64,000 nt of DNA from assembly GCA_002692055.1 (NCBI GenBank), contig NZJW01000015.1, positions 27,089-91,088 of the forward strand, read 5' to 3'. The notes below the pieces were generated by a model that saw only the letters and a list, made by a program, of their open reading frames with translations, did not search any database and was not told the DNA's origin. This document shows positions 11,101 through 20,935 of this stretch, one piece after another (position 1 is the stretch's first letter; each line of letters begins with the position of its first letter). This DNA comes from Candidatus Pelagibacter sp. GTDB lineage: Bacteria > Pseudomonadota > Alphaproteobacteria > Pelagibacterales > Pelagibacteraceae. Position numbers and translations under genes: made by a program.

Positions 11101-11610
11101 TTCAATATAAATATTATTATTAAACACACTTTTTAAATCTTTAATTTCATTTTTACAATATTCATCTTTATTCTGAATAAAAAGATTAGAAAAAAAACCT
11201 TTGCTGCCACCAACAAGTACAATTATACCATCTGAATATTTCTTTAATAAATTAATAGATATATTTGGTTTGATATCTTCGTTTACAAGATTTAGATATG
11301 ACTTTGAAGATAATTTGAGTAAGTTTTTATATCCATCATGATTTTTTGCAAACAAACATATTGTTCCATAAAATATTTTATTATCAATAACTTCTTTCAA
11401 ATAAATACTAGTTCCAATTATTGGTTGAATACCCTTTTTACTTAGTTCATTTGAAAATTCTAAAGCTCCAGATAAATTTTCAGTATCACAAATACCAACG
11501 ACCGAAACACCCTTTTTTTTACAAAAATCAGATAGTTGATTAATTTTAATTGCACCCTCGCATATTGAGAATTGTGAGTGAATTTTTAAATTTATAATTT
11601 CAGAGGGCAT
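8194..11610 (-). CDS. dnaE: DNA polymerase III alpha subunit
   Basis: PHP domain, GPGRGSGAGS, FERFLNPDRISMPDFDIDF, KFDFLGL, YGFNKSH. Confidence 0.98.
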   Translation of the reverse strand: MPSEIINLKIHSQFSICEGAIKINQLSDFCKKKGVSVVGICDTENLSGALEFSNELSKKGIQPIIGTSIYLKEVIDNKIFYGTICLFAKNHDGYKNLLKLSSKSYLNLVNEDIKPNISINLLKKYSDGIIVLVGGSKGFFSNLFIQNKDEYCKNEIKDLKSVFNNNIYIEIQRHNELHELQLEKKLIKVASELEIPLIATSEVFYLNKNEYEAHDAYICVGEKSYVYEKNRLQYSDQHYFKSSDQLSELFKDLPDALENNKNFKYRFSYYPKKSRPLLPSFINEDNDVNKVLKDKAQEGLAERLEKFVYSRLEKHDEKVNIKKIYHSRLEYEVSVISNMKFSGYFLIVSDYINWAKSNNIPVGPGRGSGAGSLVAWCLSITDLDPIRFGLIFERFLNPDRISMPDFDIDFCQEGRDEVIKYVKNKYPNKVAQIITFGKLQARMALRDIGRVLGLPYGRVDQLCKMIPFDPSRPLSLAESIAIEPRLQKEEKNDPVIKKLISYSLQLEGLYRNVATHAAGVVIGDRDLDELVPLYKDLSSTLPIPVTQFDMKSSEETGLVKFDFLGLKTLTVIKKTIEFIHKDDSNFDISEIDLSDKSTFELLSSGETMGIFQLESSGMREVLKQLKPNKFEDIIALVALYRPGPMQNIPTYIARKHEKEQPDYLHEKLKNILKETYGVIIYQEQVMQIAQALSNFSASKADILRKAMGKKKSAEMERQKKDFIEGAVSNGITKDQANYIFQLVEKFAQYGFNKSHAAAYALIAFQTAYLKTHYPIYFFCASMNTELSNTDKLNLFYEELKRLKIDIRAPNINYSFAEFLPRKKTIYYALSAIKAVGFEAISNIVKEREKNGSFNSLTNFLSRTESKNLNKLQLESLIKSGALDTLDKNRKKLFDNVPNYLKQSKSSDQLNGDKQNLLFSQDLDHNDYKSDVGIIDWDQNDKIKKEFESIGFFVGEHPLKSNLEILQQYNVISYTALKEDKNNINGMIAGTLISIQEKKTAKGNPYAIIKFVDLGSMFELFIFSEKLIENRNTLLIGNSFLIKVKKEKTKEGIERVNLDNIFLINDLKNRNIEKVTFEIKNLRSLLLIKETLNQKGSSEVSIIFEDEFLNRYSFNLNSKLKVSQKDIEFLKNNSVKSSF

Positions 11611-12290
11611 TATTTAAAATTAACATTTCCATTAGAAATTGTTAATTCTAAATCAGACTTACTAACAAGAGACTTATTGTGAGTTGCAAAGATTATCAGT
11701 GAGTCTTGATTTTTAAAATTTCTTAATAACTCTATAATATTTTCAGCATTTTTAGTATCTAAACTTCCGGTTGGTTCGTCCGCTAAAATTAATTTTGGAT
11801 TATTTATCAAACTTCTTGCAATGGCAACACGCTGCTTTTCACCACCGGATAATTCAGCAGGTTTATGGTTTAATCTGTTTTCTAAACCTACCTTTGTTAA
11901 TAAAGATTTTGCTAAATTAAATGTATCATTTTTTTTAATGTTAAGATAAAGATTTGGTAACATCACATTTTCAACTGCTGTCAAATCTGAAATTAAATTA
12001 TAATTTTGAAAAACTATTGATATATTTTTCTTTCTATAATTAGATTTTTTTTTTTCACTGAAAGAAAATAAATTTTCAGATGATATCAAACTATAACTGC
12101 CATTATCCGGTGAATCTAAAAGAGCTAACAAATGTATTAATGTTGATTTGCCTGAACCTGATGGACCAGTTAAAGCCAAAAGATTATTACCTGGTAATTT
12201 TAAACTTACATTGTTTAATATTATGATATCATCATTTTTATCAACAAATTTTTTACTTAAATCTTTTATTTCAATAAAGCTTTTAGTCAT
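11610..12290 (-). CDS. lolD: Lipoprotein-releasing ABC transporter ATPase
   Basis: [32 protein letters not shown]; follows lolC/E. Confidence 0.9.
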   Translation of the reverse strand: MTKSFIEIKDLSKKFVDKNDDIIILNNVSLKLPGNNLLALTGPSGSGKSTLIHLLALLDSPDNGSYSLISSENLFSFSEKKKSNYRKKNISIVFQNYNLISDLTAVENVMLPNLYLNIKKNDTFNLAKSLLTKVGLENRLNHKPAELSGGEKQRVAIARSLINNPKLILADEPTGSLDTKNAENIIELLRNFKNQDSLIIFATHNKSLVSKSDLELTISNGNVNFK

Positions 12291-13506
12291 TCTTTAAATT
12301 TATTACAGGATCTAATTTAGAAGCACTTAATGCAGGAAAAAAAGAGGCCACTATTACCACGAAAAATGAAAACAACCCAATTAATAGAACCGAATTATAA
12401 TTCACATGTGCCGGCAGTTCATTAATAAAATATATTTCTACTGGAAAGATATTTATTTTAAAATATTGATTTAGGAACATTCTAATATTTTCTAAATTAT
12501 AAGATAAAATAACTCCTAAACATATACCAAACAATGTGCCGAGAAATCCAATTGTAGCTCCAGTAAGTATAAATATTTTTAATATTGAGCTTTTTTGAAA
12601 GCCCAAAGATCTCAATATGGCTATTTCTTTTGATTTATTTTTTATTAAAATCGTAAGTACAGAAATAATATTAAAAGCGGCGACAATAATAATCAAAGCA
12701 AGAATAATAAACATTACATTTCTCTCTACCTTGAGAGCATTAAAAAAAGTTTTATTATTATCGACCCAAGAATAAATAAGATTTTCTGAATTGTTTTTTT
12801 TTAAAATATTTGAAAATAAAATTGCTTTGTCAGGATTATAAATTTTTATTTCAATTTCGTTATTCTTCTTTGATAATGATTTAGCTTGATCAAAATTTGT
12901 TATTAAAAAATTACTATCAAATTCATACATTCCTGTACTAAATATGTAACCTACTTTAAAACTAAATTGTCTAGGTACTAGACCAAATGGTGTTGTTTCC
13001 GTATTGCTTGATAAAAGCGTTATAATATCTCCAACGCCCAAGGATAGTTTACTGGCTAACTCTAAACCAATACCGATATCTAAATCGTTTATATTACCTT
13101 TTATTATTGAATTTTTTAAAAGATAGTTATTATTCAATTCATCTTTACGAAAGCTTTTTATCAGCACTCCAAAATTATTTTTTTCTGTTAATATTAATGC
13201 CTCAGAATTTTTTACTAAGTTAATATCAGTAATTTTTATCTTATTCGTTTCGGATAAATTTAAAATCTTCTTTTTTTCTTGAATATAGTTACCTTTTGAC
13301 TGATATGATATATGTGGTTGATAACTTAACAACTTATCTAATAGGTCTATTCGAAAACCATTCATTACCGACATCACAATAATTAAAGTCGCAACACCGA
13401 GCATAATACCAACAAATGAGAAGTTAGAAATAACCTTAAAAAATCCGTCCCTATCTTTGGGTCTTAAATACCTAGATATAATTAAAATTTCAGCTTGGTT
13501 GATCAC
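12283..13506 (-). CDS. lolC: Lipoprotein-releasing ABC transporter permease LolC/E
   Basis: [27 protein letters not shown] and EIAILRSLG motifs. Confidence 0.9.
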   Translation of the reverse strand: MINQAEILIISRYLRPKDRDGFFKVISNFSFVGIMLGVATLIIVMSVMNGFRIDLLDKLLSYQPHISYQSKGNYIQEKKKILNLSETNKIKITDINLVKNSEALILTEKNNFGVLIKSFRKDELNNNYLLKNSIIKGNINDLDIGIGLELASKLSLGVGDIITLLSSNTETTPFGLVPRQFSFKVGYIFSTGMYEFDSNFLITNFDQAKSLSKKNNEIEIKIYNPDKAILFSNILKKNNSENLIYSWVDNNKTFFNALKVERNVMFIILALIIIVAAFNIISVLTILIKNKSKEIAILRSLGFQKSSILKIFILTGATIGFLGTLFGICLGVILSYNLENIRMFLNQYFKINIFPVEIYFINELPAHVNYNSVLLIGLFSFFVVIVASFFPALSASKLDPVINLKND

Positions 13507-14824
13507 TCTCGTAAATTTCTTTTAATCTATTAATTATTTCATTTTTTGATAAGATTATTTTGTTTTTACCAAGCTCTTTAAATTCATATTCTTCTTTTTT
13601 CATTTTTGATCCAATTATTATTTGAAATGGTATCCCAATTAAATCATGATTTTTAAATTTACTTGATGGGCTATCAGATAAATCATCAAGTAAAGGATCA
13701 AAATTATTATTTTTTAAGATATGATATATATCATCTGATTTTTTATCTACCTCATCACCTTTTTTACCAAGATTTATTATGGTGACTTTGAAGGGTGTTA
13801 TGGATTTAGGCCATTTCATATACTGATTATTATATTTTGCTTCAATAATTGCCGCAGGTAACCTTGATACTCCAATTCCGTATGAACCCATTTGAGGATA
13901 GGTATTCTTACCTTCTTTTGTATTAATTGCAGCTTTTAAAGATTTTGAATACTTATCTCCAAAATAAAAAATGTGCCCAACTTCAATACCCCTAGTATGT
14001 AATTGGTTTTTTTTATCTACTAACTTATTAAATTGATCTATATTATGTTTTTCATCAGTTGCTGAATAAAAATTTTCGTATTTATTCATAATATTTTTAA
14101 TATTGTTTTGATCATAATCAATTTTTTTAATATTAATATCTAATAAATTTTTGTCTAAAAATACTTCACTTTCCCCTGTATCTGCTAGAATTATAAATTC
14201 ATGTGATAGGTCTCCCCCTATTGGCCCTGCATCTGCCCGCATAGGAATTGCCTTTAAATCCAATCTATCAAAAGTTTTAAGATAAGACAAAAACATCTTC
14301 TTATAGGAGTTTTCGGCATCTTGTTTGTTCACGTCAAAAGAATAAGTGTCTTTCATCAAAAATTCTCTGCACCTCATAACACCAAACCTTGGTCTAATTT
14401 CGTCTCTAAATTTCCATTGGATATGATATAGCAGTAAGGGTAAATTTTTATATGACTTTATATTATCTCTAAAAATTTGAGTTATTAACTCCTCGTTTGT
14501 TGGTCCATATAATAAATCTCTATCTTGACGATCTTTAATCCTTAACATTTCTTTACCATAATCATCGTAACGGCCACTTTCCTTCCAAGCATCCGCAGAT
14601 TGAATCGTGGGCATCAATAATTCAATTGCACCAGCTTTATTTTGCTCATCTCTAACAATATTTTCAATATTTTTTAAAACTTTTAGACCAAGAGGTAACC
14701 AAGAATAAATACCAGAGGCGGATTGCCGGACCATACCAGACCTTAACATTAGTTGATGTGACTTAATTTTTGCCTCTGACGGATTTTCTTTAAGTACTGG
14801 CAGAAAATAGTTTGAAAGTCTCAT
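13490..14824 (-). CDS. proS: Proline--tRNA ligase (short alphaproteobacterial type, no editing insertion)
   Basis: [25 protein letters not shown] and GSYGIGVSR motifs. Confidence 0.97.
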   Translation of the reverse strand: MRLSNYFLPVLKENPSEAKIKSHQLMLRSGMVRQSASGIYSWLPLGLKVLKNIENIVRDEQNKAGAIELLMPTIQSADAWKESGRYDDYGKEMLRIKDRQDRDLLYGPTNEELITQIFRDNIKSYKNLPLLLYHIQWKFRDEIRPRFGVMRCREFLMKDTYSFDVNKQDAENSYKKMFLSYLKTFDRLDLKAIPMRADAGPIGGDLSHEFIILADTGESEVFLDKNLLDINIKKIDYDQNNIKNIMNKYENFYSATDEKHNIDQFNKLVDKKNQLHTRGIEVGHIFYFGDKYSKSLKAAINTKEGKNTYPQMGSYGIGVSRLPAAIIEAKYNNQYMKWPKSITPFKVTIINLGKKGDEVDKKSDDIYHILKNNNFDPLLDDLSDSPSSKFKNHDLIGIPFQIIIGSKMKKEEYEFKELGKNKIILSKNEIINRLKEIYESDQPS

Positions 14825-15075
14825 TGAGATAATAATGCTCTGATATTTAAAATATTAAAATAGTTTAAAAAATAAATTATTACAAATATTATTAAAGTAA
14901 TAGCCGTAGTTAACAAAAGTTTTTTTTTAATTTCAGGATTTTCTGGAGCGCCTGGGTCTGTTCCCTCTATTACATATCCATTATCTTTCTGTGATGTTAT
15001 ATTTCTTGGTAAAATCATAAATAATATCAACCACCACAAAACTACAAAAACTACTATAGATCCAGTAAGTGACAT
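14821..15075 (-). CDS. DUF1467 family small membrane protein
   Basis: WW..LF.ILP and GTDPGAP motifs; usual position upstream of proS. Confidence 0.85.
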   Translation of the reverse strand: MSLTGSIVVFVVLWWLILFMILPRNITSQKDNGYVIEGTDPGAPENPEIKKKLLLTTAITLIIFVIIYFLNYFNILNIRALLSQ

Positions 15076-16739
15076 TATAATCTGATTAAGTTTATACTTG
15101 TAAAGGGTTTTTTGGCTAATCTCATTTGAATTATCTTTTTTAAAGAAATCTTTAAACTATCAATTAAATTACTTTCTTGTTTTTTATTATTTAAAGAATA
15201 ACTCTTGCAAATATCGAATATTCTATCTTCTAATTCGTATTTTATTTCATTAAATTCTTGTTCATTTAAAGGTAAACCTCTAAGATTAATTAAAGGTGAC
15301 CTCTCAATTATACCCTTTTTTGAAACAATAAGACAAATGTCCATTAGGCCATTAAAAGAAATATTTCTTCTGTCTTTTAAATTAGAAGACTCCTCATCAA
15401 TTAATCTGTTGCCATCGACTAATAATTTTCCCGAATTAACTTTATTTACAATCTCCGCTTTACCGGGAAAAATTCTTAATACATCCCCATTCTCTATAAG
15501 CATGGGTTGTTCAATTTTTTTTTCTTTTGCAAAATTATTATGTTCTTTTAAGTGTCTATGTTCTCCATGTACTGGAACAGAAATTTGAGGTCTTATCCAA
15601 TCATACATCTCATTCATTTCTTCTCGACCTGGGTGCCCTGATACGTGGATAAATGCATTTTCCTCAGAAATAACATTTACTCCTCTTCTAACCAATAAAT
15701 TATGCATTGCATAAAGTTTTTTCTCATTACCAGGAATGATTCTTGATGAAAAAATTACTGTATCATCAAAACTTAAGTCTACATCAGGATGATTCTGATT
15801 GCATATTCTATTCATTGCTCCTCTTGGCTCACCTTGACTACCTGTACATAAATAAACTATTTTATCTCTGGGAATTTTTTTACCATCACGCGCATCCATT
15901 GGAGATTTAATATCTGAAAAATACCCGCATGATTTTGCAGTATTAAAAATTTTATACATTGAGCGTCCGACTAAACATACGTGTCTCCCAACCTTTGCTG
16001 CACATTGAAATACAGTTTGCATTCTAGCTGCATTAGAAGCAAATGTGGTAACTATTATTCTTTTTTTTTGATTTTCAAAAATTCTTAACATACTTTGATG
16101 CACATCTTTTTCTGAACCAGATCTTCCTTCTGTGAAAATATTTGTTGAATCGCAAACCATAGCTAAAATACCCATATCACCAATTTTTTTTAATTTTTTT
16201 TGATTAATATTACCACCCATCATTGGAGCTAGGTCACATTTCCAATCACCAGTATGGAAAATATTTTGTTTATTATATTGAATTAACAATCCATTAGGCT
16301 CTAAAATAGAATGAGTAAGTGATATGAGGTTTATTTCAATGGATTCTAATTTAATACTTCCATTTAAAGGAATAATTTTTAGATACTCATCAATTTTTAT
16401 TTTTTTTTCTTTAAATTTTTCTTTAATCAGAGCACCTGTGAATGGGGTTGTATAGATGTTTGTTTTCACTTTTGGCCAAATATGTATTAGTGCTCCTATA
16501 TGATCTTCATGACCATGGGTTATTATGATTCCAATAAAACTATTTCTATTTTGAAATATGAAGTCTGGGTCAGGTATCATTACATCGATACCAGGAACAC
16601 TATCTTCAGCAAAAGTAATACCGCAATCAACAATTATCCATTTATGATTTTTTTTTTCACCAAAACCATACAAATTCATATTAGCTCCAATCTCACCGGA
16701 GCCACCCAAAGGGCAAAAAAGGATTTCATGATTAGACAT
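15075..16739 (-). CDS. rnj: Ribonuclease J
   Basis: PLGG.GEIG.N, THGHEDHIG, TGSQGEP, HVSGH and PVHGE motifs. Confidence 0.96.
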   Translation of the reverse strand: MSNHEILFCPLGGSGEIGANMNLYGFGEKKNHKWIIVDCGITFAEDSVPGIDVMIPDPDFIFQNRNSFIGIIITHGHEDHIGALIHIWPKVKTNIYTTPFTGALIKEKFKEKKIKIDEYLKIIPLNGSIKLESIEINLISLTHSILEPNGLLIQYNKQNIFHTGDWKCDLAPMMGGNINQKKLKKIGDMGILAMVCDSTNIFTEGRSGSEKDVHQSMLRIFENQKKRIIVTTFASNAARMQTVFQCAAKVGRHVCLVGRSMYKIFNTAKSCGYFSDIKSPMDARDGKKIPRDKIVYLCTGSQGEPRGAMNRICNQNHPDVDLSFDDTVIFSSRIIPGNEKKLYAMHNLLVRRGVNVISEENAFIHVSGHPGREEMNEMYDWIRPQISVPVHGEHRHLKEHNNFAKEKKIEQPMLIENGDVLRIFPGKAEIVNKVNSGKLLVDGNRLIDEESSNLKDRRNISFNGLMDICLIVSKKGIIERSPLINLRGLPLNEQEFNEIKYELEDRIFDICKSYSLNNKKQESNLIDSLKISLKKIIQMRLAKKPFTSINLIRL

Positions 16740-17493
16740 GGTCGAAAACTTTCTTATTTTGTTTTACTGTCATCGCCAAGCCATAAAAAGTTATATTTTT
16801 ATTTATTACAGATTTAAATTTTATTTTTTTTTTAAATATCCTGGAATATCCTCCAGTCAAAATTACTAAATATTTTTTTTTAGTTTGCTTTATAATTTTT
16901 TCTAAAATTCCATTTATTAAACAAGAATAACCTATATAAATACCAGAATTAATCGCCGATTTAGTATCTTTGCCAACTACATTAGATTGAGGTGATATTT
17001 TGATTAATGGTAATTTTGCGGTAAACTTATTTAAAGATCTTAATGAAAGATTAATTCCTGGAGCAATGACGCCACCTTGATATACATTATTATTGTCTGC
17101 AATATCAAAAGTTGTTGTAGTTCCAAAGTCTAAAATTATACAATTTTTTTTATAATAGCTAATGCCTCCAATCGCATTTAAGACTCTATCTGAACCTACC
17201 TGAAATTTTTTATTTACATTAATTTTCATTGATTTTTTTATTTTTTTTTCTTGAAACTCATAAACTTTAATTTTATTTTTCTTCAAAATATTCTTGATAA
17301 CATTATAAACATTTGGAACAACTGAAGACACCAATGCATGTTTAATTAATTTTTGTTTTTTATATTTTATAATATTCACAATTGTTTTCTTTTTACATGT
17401 CAAAAAAGAAGCATAATTTGTTATTTTATTTGTTTTAATATTATAAGTCGCTATTTTTGTTAAGGTATTTCCAATATCTAATAACATTATCAT
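16732..17493 (-). CDS. coaX: Type III pantothenate kinase
   Basis: DIGNT, SSVVP, GSDR, DFGTTTTFD and TGG motifs. Confidence 0.95.
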   Translation of the reverse strand: MIMLLDIGNTLTKIATYNIKTNKITNYASFLTCKKKTIVNIIKYKKQKLIKHALVSSVVPNVYNVIKNILKKNKIKVYEFQEKKIKKSMKINVNKKFQVGSDRVLNAIGGISYYKKNCIILDFGTTTTFDIADNNNVYQGGVIAPGINLSLRSLNKFTAKLPLIKISPQSNVVGKDTKSAINSGIYIGYSCLINGILEKIIKQTKKKYLVILTGGYSRIFKKKIKFKSVINKNITFYGLAMTVKQNKKVFDHV

Positions 17494-18012
17494 TTAAAAA
17501 TAATTTATATTTTGTTTTACATAATTAACAAAGCTAAATTTATCAGTATTTTTTGTTAAATATTTTTTTAAAAATGTAGTTTTGTAATATTCAATTCGAG
17601 GACTACACGTTAAATTCAAGCCTATACCCACAACTAAATATAATTTTTTTTTTATTTCAATACTTTCTGTTAAAATACCACAAACTTTTTTGTTATTTAT
17701 CAAAATATCATTTGGATGTTTAATTCTGATTATGTTTCTTTGAATGCCTATTTTTTCCAAATATTCCTTAACAATTTTTAAGCTTTTATACTGTGCGTCT
17801 AGAATACATCTGTATCTTTTTACTCTTTTATATATACTGCAAAATATATTCCCTTTTTTTGATATCCACTTATTACCGTGTTTGCCACGTCCATTGATTT
17901 GCATGTCAGAAATTACAACGCCGTAAATTGATATATTTTTCTTTATTAAATCGATAGAAAAATCGTTTGTACTGTTAACTCGATCCAAATAAGAAACGTC
18001 AATTAAATTCAA
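17494..18012 (-). CDS. birA: Biotin--[acetyl-CoA carboxylase] ligase, catalytic domain only
   Basis: STN, Q..GRG..G..W.S, K.PND, KVCGILTE, GIGLN; TTG start; usual position after nuoN. Confidence 0.9.
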   Translation of the reverse strand: MNLIDVSYLDRVNSTNDFSIDLIKKNISIYGVVISDMQINGRGKHGNKWISKKGNIFCSIYKRVKRYRCILDAQYKSLKIVKEYLEKIGIQRNIIRIKHPNDILINNKKVCGILTESIEIKKKLYLVVGIGLNLTCSPRIEYYKTTFLKKYLTKNTDKFSFVNYVKQNINYF

Positions 18013-18015
18013 AGC

Positions 18016-19434
18016 TTAACTAAAAACCTTTGAGGCCATATCAGATAAGTTTACTAAAAAAGATGGACTAATAAAATAAAATAAAATAATCAAAGTTGAT
18101 GTAAACAAGGATAATTTAACCCCCAGTCCTGACATATCATCAAATTTATCAATTTTTTTATCAAAATACATTATTTTAATAATCCTGAGATAATAAAAAG
18201 CTGATATTACAGAACTAATTAAGCCAACTATTGCTAAAAGATACATCTCTGACTCAATGACAGCTTTGAAAATATAAAATTTTGCAAAAAAACCTGCTAA
18301 GGGTGGTATACCCGCAAGTGAAAATAAAACTACACAAAAACAAGCGGCAATTAATGGATGGTTTTTTGATAATCCCCTAAGATCTCTAATATCTTCATAA
18401 TAAACTCTATCTCTACTTAAAAAAAGAATGCAAGTGAATGCGGCTATATTCATTACAACATAAATAGACATATAGGTTAAAGTTGCGGAAATTCCGACTA
18501 TAGTTCCTGGAGCTAGCCCAGCTAATGCATAACCAATATGGCTTATACCGCTATAAGCCATAAGTCTCTTGATATTTATTTGTCCTATTGCAGCTACAGA
18601 TCCCAATATCATAGATGCAATTGAAATAAAAATAAGTATCGTCATCCACTCTTCAAAAGCCGGTTTGAATGCTATAAATAAAATTTGAATAAAAGCTCCT
18701 ATACCAGCAACTTTTGGTGCTAAAGAAAAGAAGGCTGTAACAGATGTTGGTGAACCCTCGTAAACATCTGGTGTCCACATATGAAAAGGAACTGCCGATA
18801 CTTTAAATGCCAATCCAACTAGAATAAAAACTAAACCAAAAATCGATCCTAAACTATTTGTACTGAAATTTTCGCTTATAATTAAATAATTAGTAGAGCC
18901 TGTAAAACCATAAACTAATGAACAGCCGTATAAAAATAGACCGGATGAAAGAGCTCCAAGAACAAAATACTTAACGCCAGACTCTGAGGATTTAAGAGAA
19001 CTTCTATCAATTGAGGAAAGTACGTATAAAGATAGAGATTGCAATTCGATACCCAAATATAAACCAATTAAATTATTTGCACTTACCATTATAAACATCC
19101 CAATTGTAGAACTTAAAATTAAAATCATATATTCGAACTTATCAATCTTAATTCGTTTAAAGTATTGACCTACAAAAATTAAAGAAAATGCAGAAGATAT
19201 TAAAATTATAATTTTTATAAAATTAGAAAACATATTAATGCTATAATTATTGTTAAAAACTAAAAGTTGATTATCAAAATTTAAATAAATTATTGGAATA
19301 CAAAATAATAATGCAAAAATAGTTGCTTTCTTTATGATTATAAATGAATTTTTCAAAAAAACGCCTACAATCAAAAAAAGTAATAATATTAATATTAAGA
19401 ATAATTCAGGATATATGTTTTGAAAATCATTCAT
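18016..19434 (-). CDS. nuoN: NADH-quinone oxidoreductase subunit N
   Basis: FKVSAVPFHMWTPDVYEG motif; operon position. Confidence 0.96.
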   Translation of the reverse strand: MNDFQNIYPELFLILILLLFLIVGVFLKNSFIIIKKATIFALLFCIPIIYLNFDNQLLVFNNNYSINMFSNFIKIIILISSAFSLIFVGQYFKRIKIDKFEYMILILSSTIGMFIMVSANNLIGLYLGIELQSLSLYVLSSIDRSSLKSSESGVKYFVLGALSSGLFLYGCSLVYGFTGSTNYLIISENFSTNSLGSIFGLVFILVGLAFKVSAVPFHMWTPDVYEGSPTSVTAFFSLAPKVAGIGAFIQILFIAFKPAFEEWMTILIFISIASMILGSVAAIGQINIKRLMAYSGISHIGYALAGLAPGTIVGISATLTYMSIYVVMNIAAFTCILFLSRDRVYYEDIRDLRGLSKNHPLIAACFCVVLFSLAGIPPLAGFFAKFYIFKAVIESEMYLLAIVGLISSVISAFYYLRIIKIMYFDKKIDKFDDMSGLGVKLSLFTSTLIILFYFISPSFLVNLSDMASKVFS

Positions 19435-19435
19435 A

Positions 19436-20935
19436 TTATTTAATATAAGTTGATATGTTCATATAATTGATCATATTTTCTGAAACTTTCCCTGCACTAG
19501 AAGAAATTAAATCTAAAAGTAATCCTGGATAAAATCCCAACACCAACGTCATAATTACTAAAGGTGTTAAAATTATATATTCCCTTTTATTTAAGTCCGT
19601 TAAATTTTTAATTTGATCATTTTTAATTTCTCCGAAAATTACCCTCTTATATAACCATAAACTATAACAAGCAGAAAGAACCACTCCTATAGTCGCAAAA
19701 AAAGCTACCCAATAATTAAATTTAAACGCTCCAATTAATACTAAAATTTCACCAATAAAACCACTGGTTCCGGGCAAACCAAGACTACCTAGAGTAAATA
19801 TCATAAACAAAGTAGCGTATTTTGGCATACTATTTACTACTCCACCATAATGAGAAATTTCTCTAGTGCGCATTCGGTCGTAAATTACGCCCACACATAA
19901 AAACAAAGCAGAAGAAATTATTCCATGACTAATCATTTGGAAAATACTTCCCTCAATACCCTGTTTATTAAAAACAAATATACCAATTGTTACAAAACCC
20001 ATGTGAGCGACAGAAGAATATGCAATCAACTTTTTCATATCATTTTGCACAAGTGCTACTAATGAGGTATAGATTATTGCTATAACGCTTAATATAAAAA
20101 CAAATGGAGCAAAATAAATTGAGGCATCTGGAAATAATCCAAGAGAGAATCTGATAAATCCATATCCTGCCATTTTTAGAAGTATAGCGGCCAAAATAAC
20201 AGAACCTGAGGTTGGCGCTTCTACATGGGCATCTGGCAACCAAGTGTGTACAGGCCACATAGGTGTTTTAACTGCAAAAGATGCAAAGAATCCAAGCCAT
20301 AAATATTTTTGATAGTCCTTATTAATTTCAATATTTAACAACTTCTCAACATCTAAAGTGCCAGCATCAATATAAATATAAATAATTGCTACTAACATAA
20401 ATATTGATCCAAACAACGTGTACAGAAAAAACTTAAATGCAGAATAAACTCTCTTTTCTCCACCCCAAATTCCAATTATCAAAAACATTGGGATTAATCC
20501 TGCTTCAAAAAATAAATAAAAAATAAATAAATCTAGTGAACAGAAAACACCGATCATCATTGTTTCCATCAAAAGTAATGTAATTAGAAACTCCCTTAAT
20601 CTATCTCTAACACTATTTATTGTTGCTAAAATACAAATTGGTGTGATGAACGTTGTTAGTAAAATAAAAGATAAAGAAATACCATCGATGCCAACTTTAT
20701 AATTGACAAAATCTACTATCCAATCGTGTTGTTCAACAAATTGAAAGCCTGCATCTAAATAATTAAAATTTTTTAAAATTAAAATTGACGCAAAGAAGGT
20801 TATTATGCTTGTTAACATGGCTACACGGCTGGAAGTTTTATTAACAAAATCCGTATCTCCCTTAATGAAAAGTAAAAACAAAACACCTATAAGAGGAATA
20901 AAAATCATTAATGTTAAAATTGGTATATCGCTCAT
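19436..20935 (-). CDS. nuoM: NADH-quinone oxidoreductase subunit M
   Basis: HTWLPDAHVEAP and LIAYSSVAHMG motifs. Confidence 0.97.
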   Translation of the reverse strand: MSDIPILTLMIFIPLIGVLFLLFIKGDTDFVNKTSSRVAMLTSIITFFASILILKNFNYLDAGFQFVEQHDWIVDFVNYKVGIDGISLSFILLTTFITPICILATINSVRDRLREFLITLLLMETMMIGVFCSLDLFIFYLFFEAGLIPMFLIIGIWGGEKRVYSAFKFFLYTLFGSIFMLVAIIYIYIDAGTLDVEKLLNIEINKDYQKYLWLGFFASFAVKTPMWPVHTWLPDAHVEAPTSGSVILAAILLKMAGYGFIRFSLGLFPDASIYFAPFVFILSVIAIIYTSLVALVQNDMKKLIAYSSVAHMGFVTIGIFVFNKQGIEGSIFQMISHGIISSALFLCVGVIYDRMRTREISHYGGVVNSMPKYATLFMIFTLGSLGLPGTSGFIGEILVLIGAFKFNYWVAFFATIGVVLSACYSLWLYKRVIFGEIKNDQIKNLTDLNKREYIILTPLVIMTLVLGFYPGLLLDLISSSAGKVSENMINYMNISTYIK

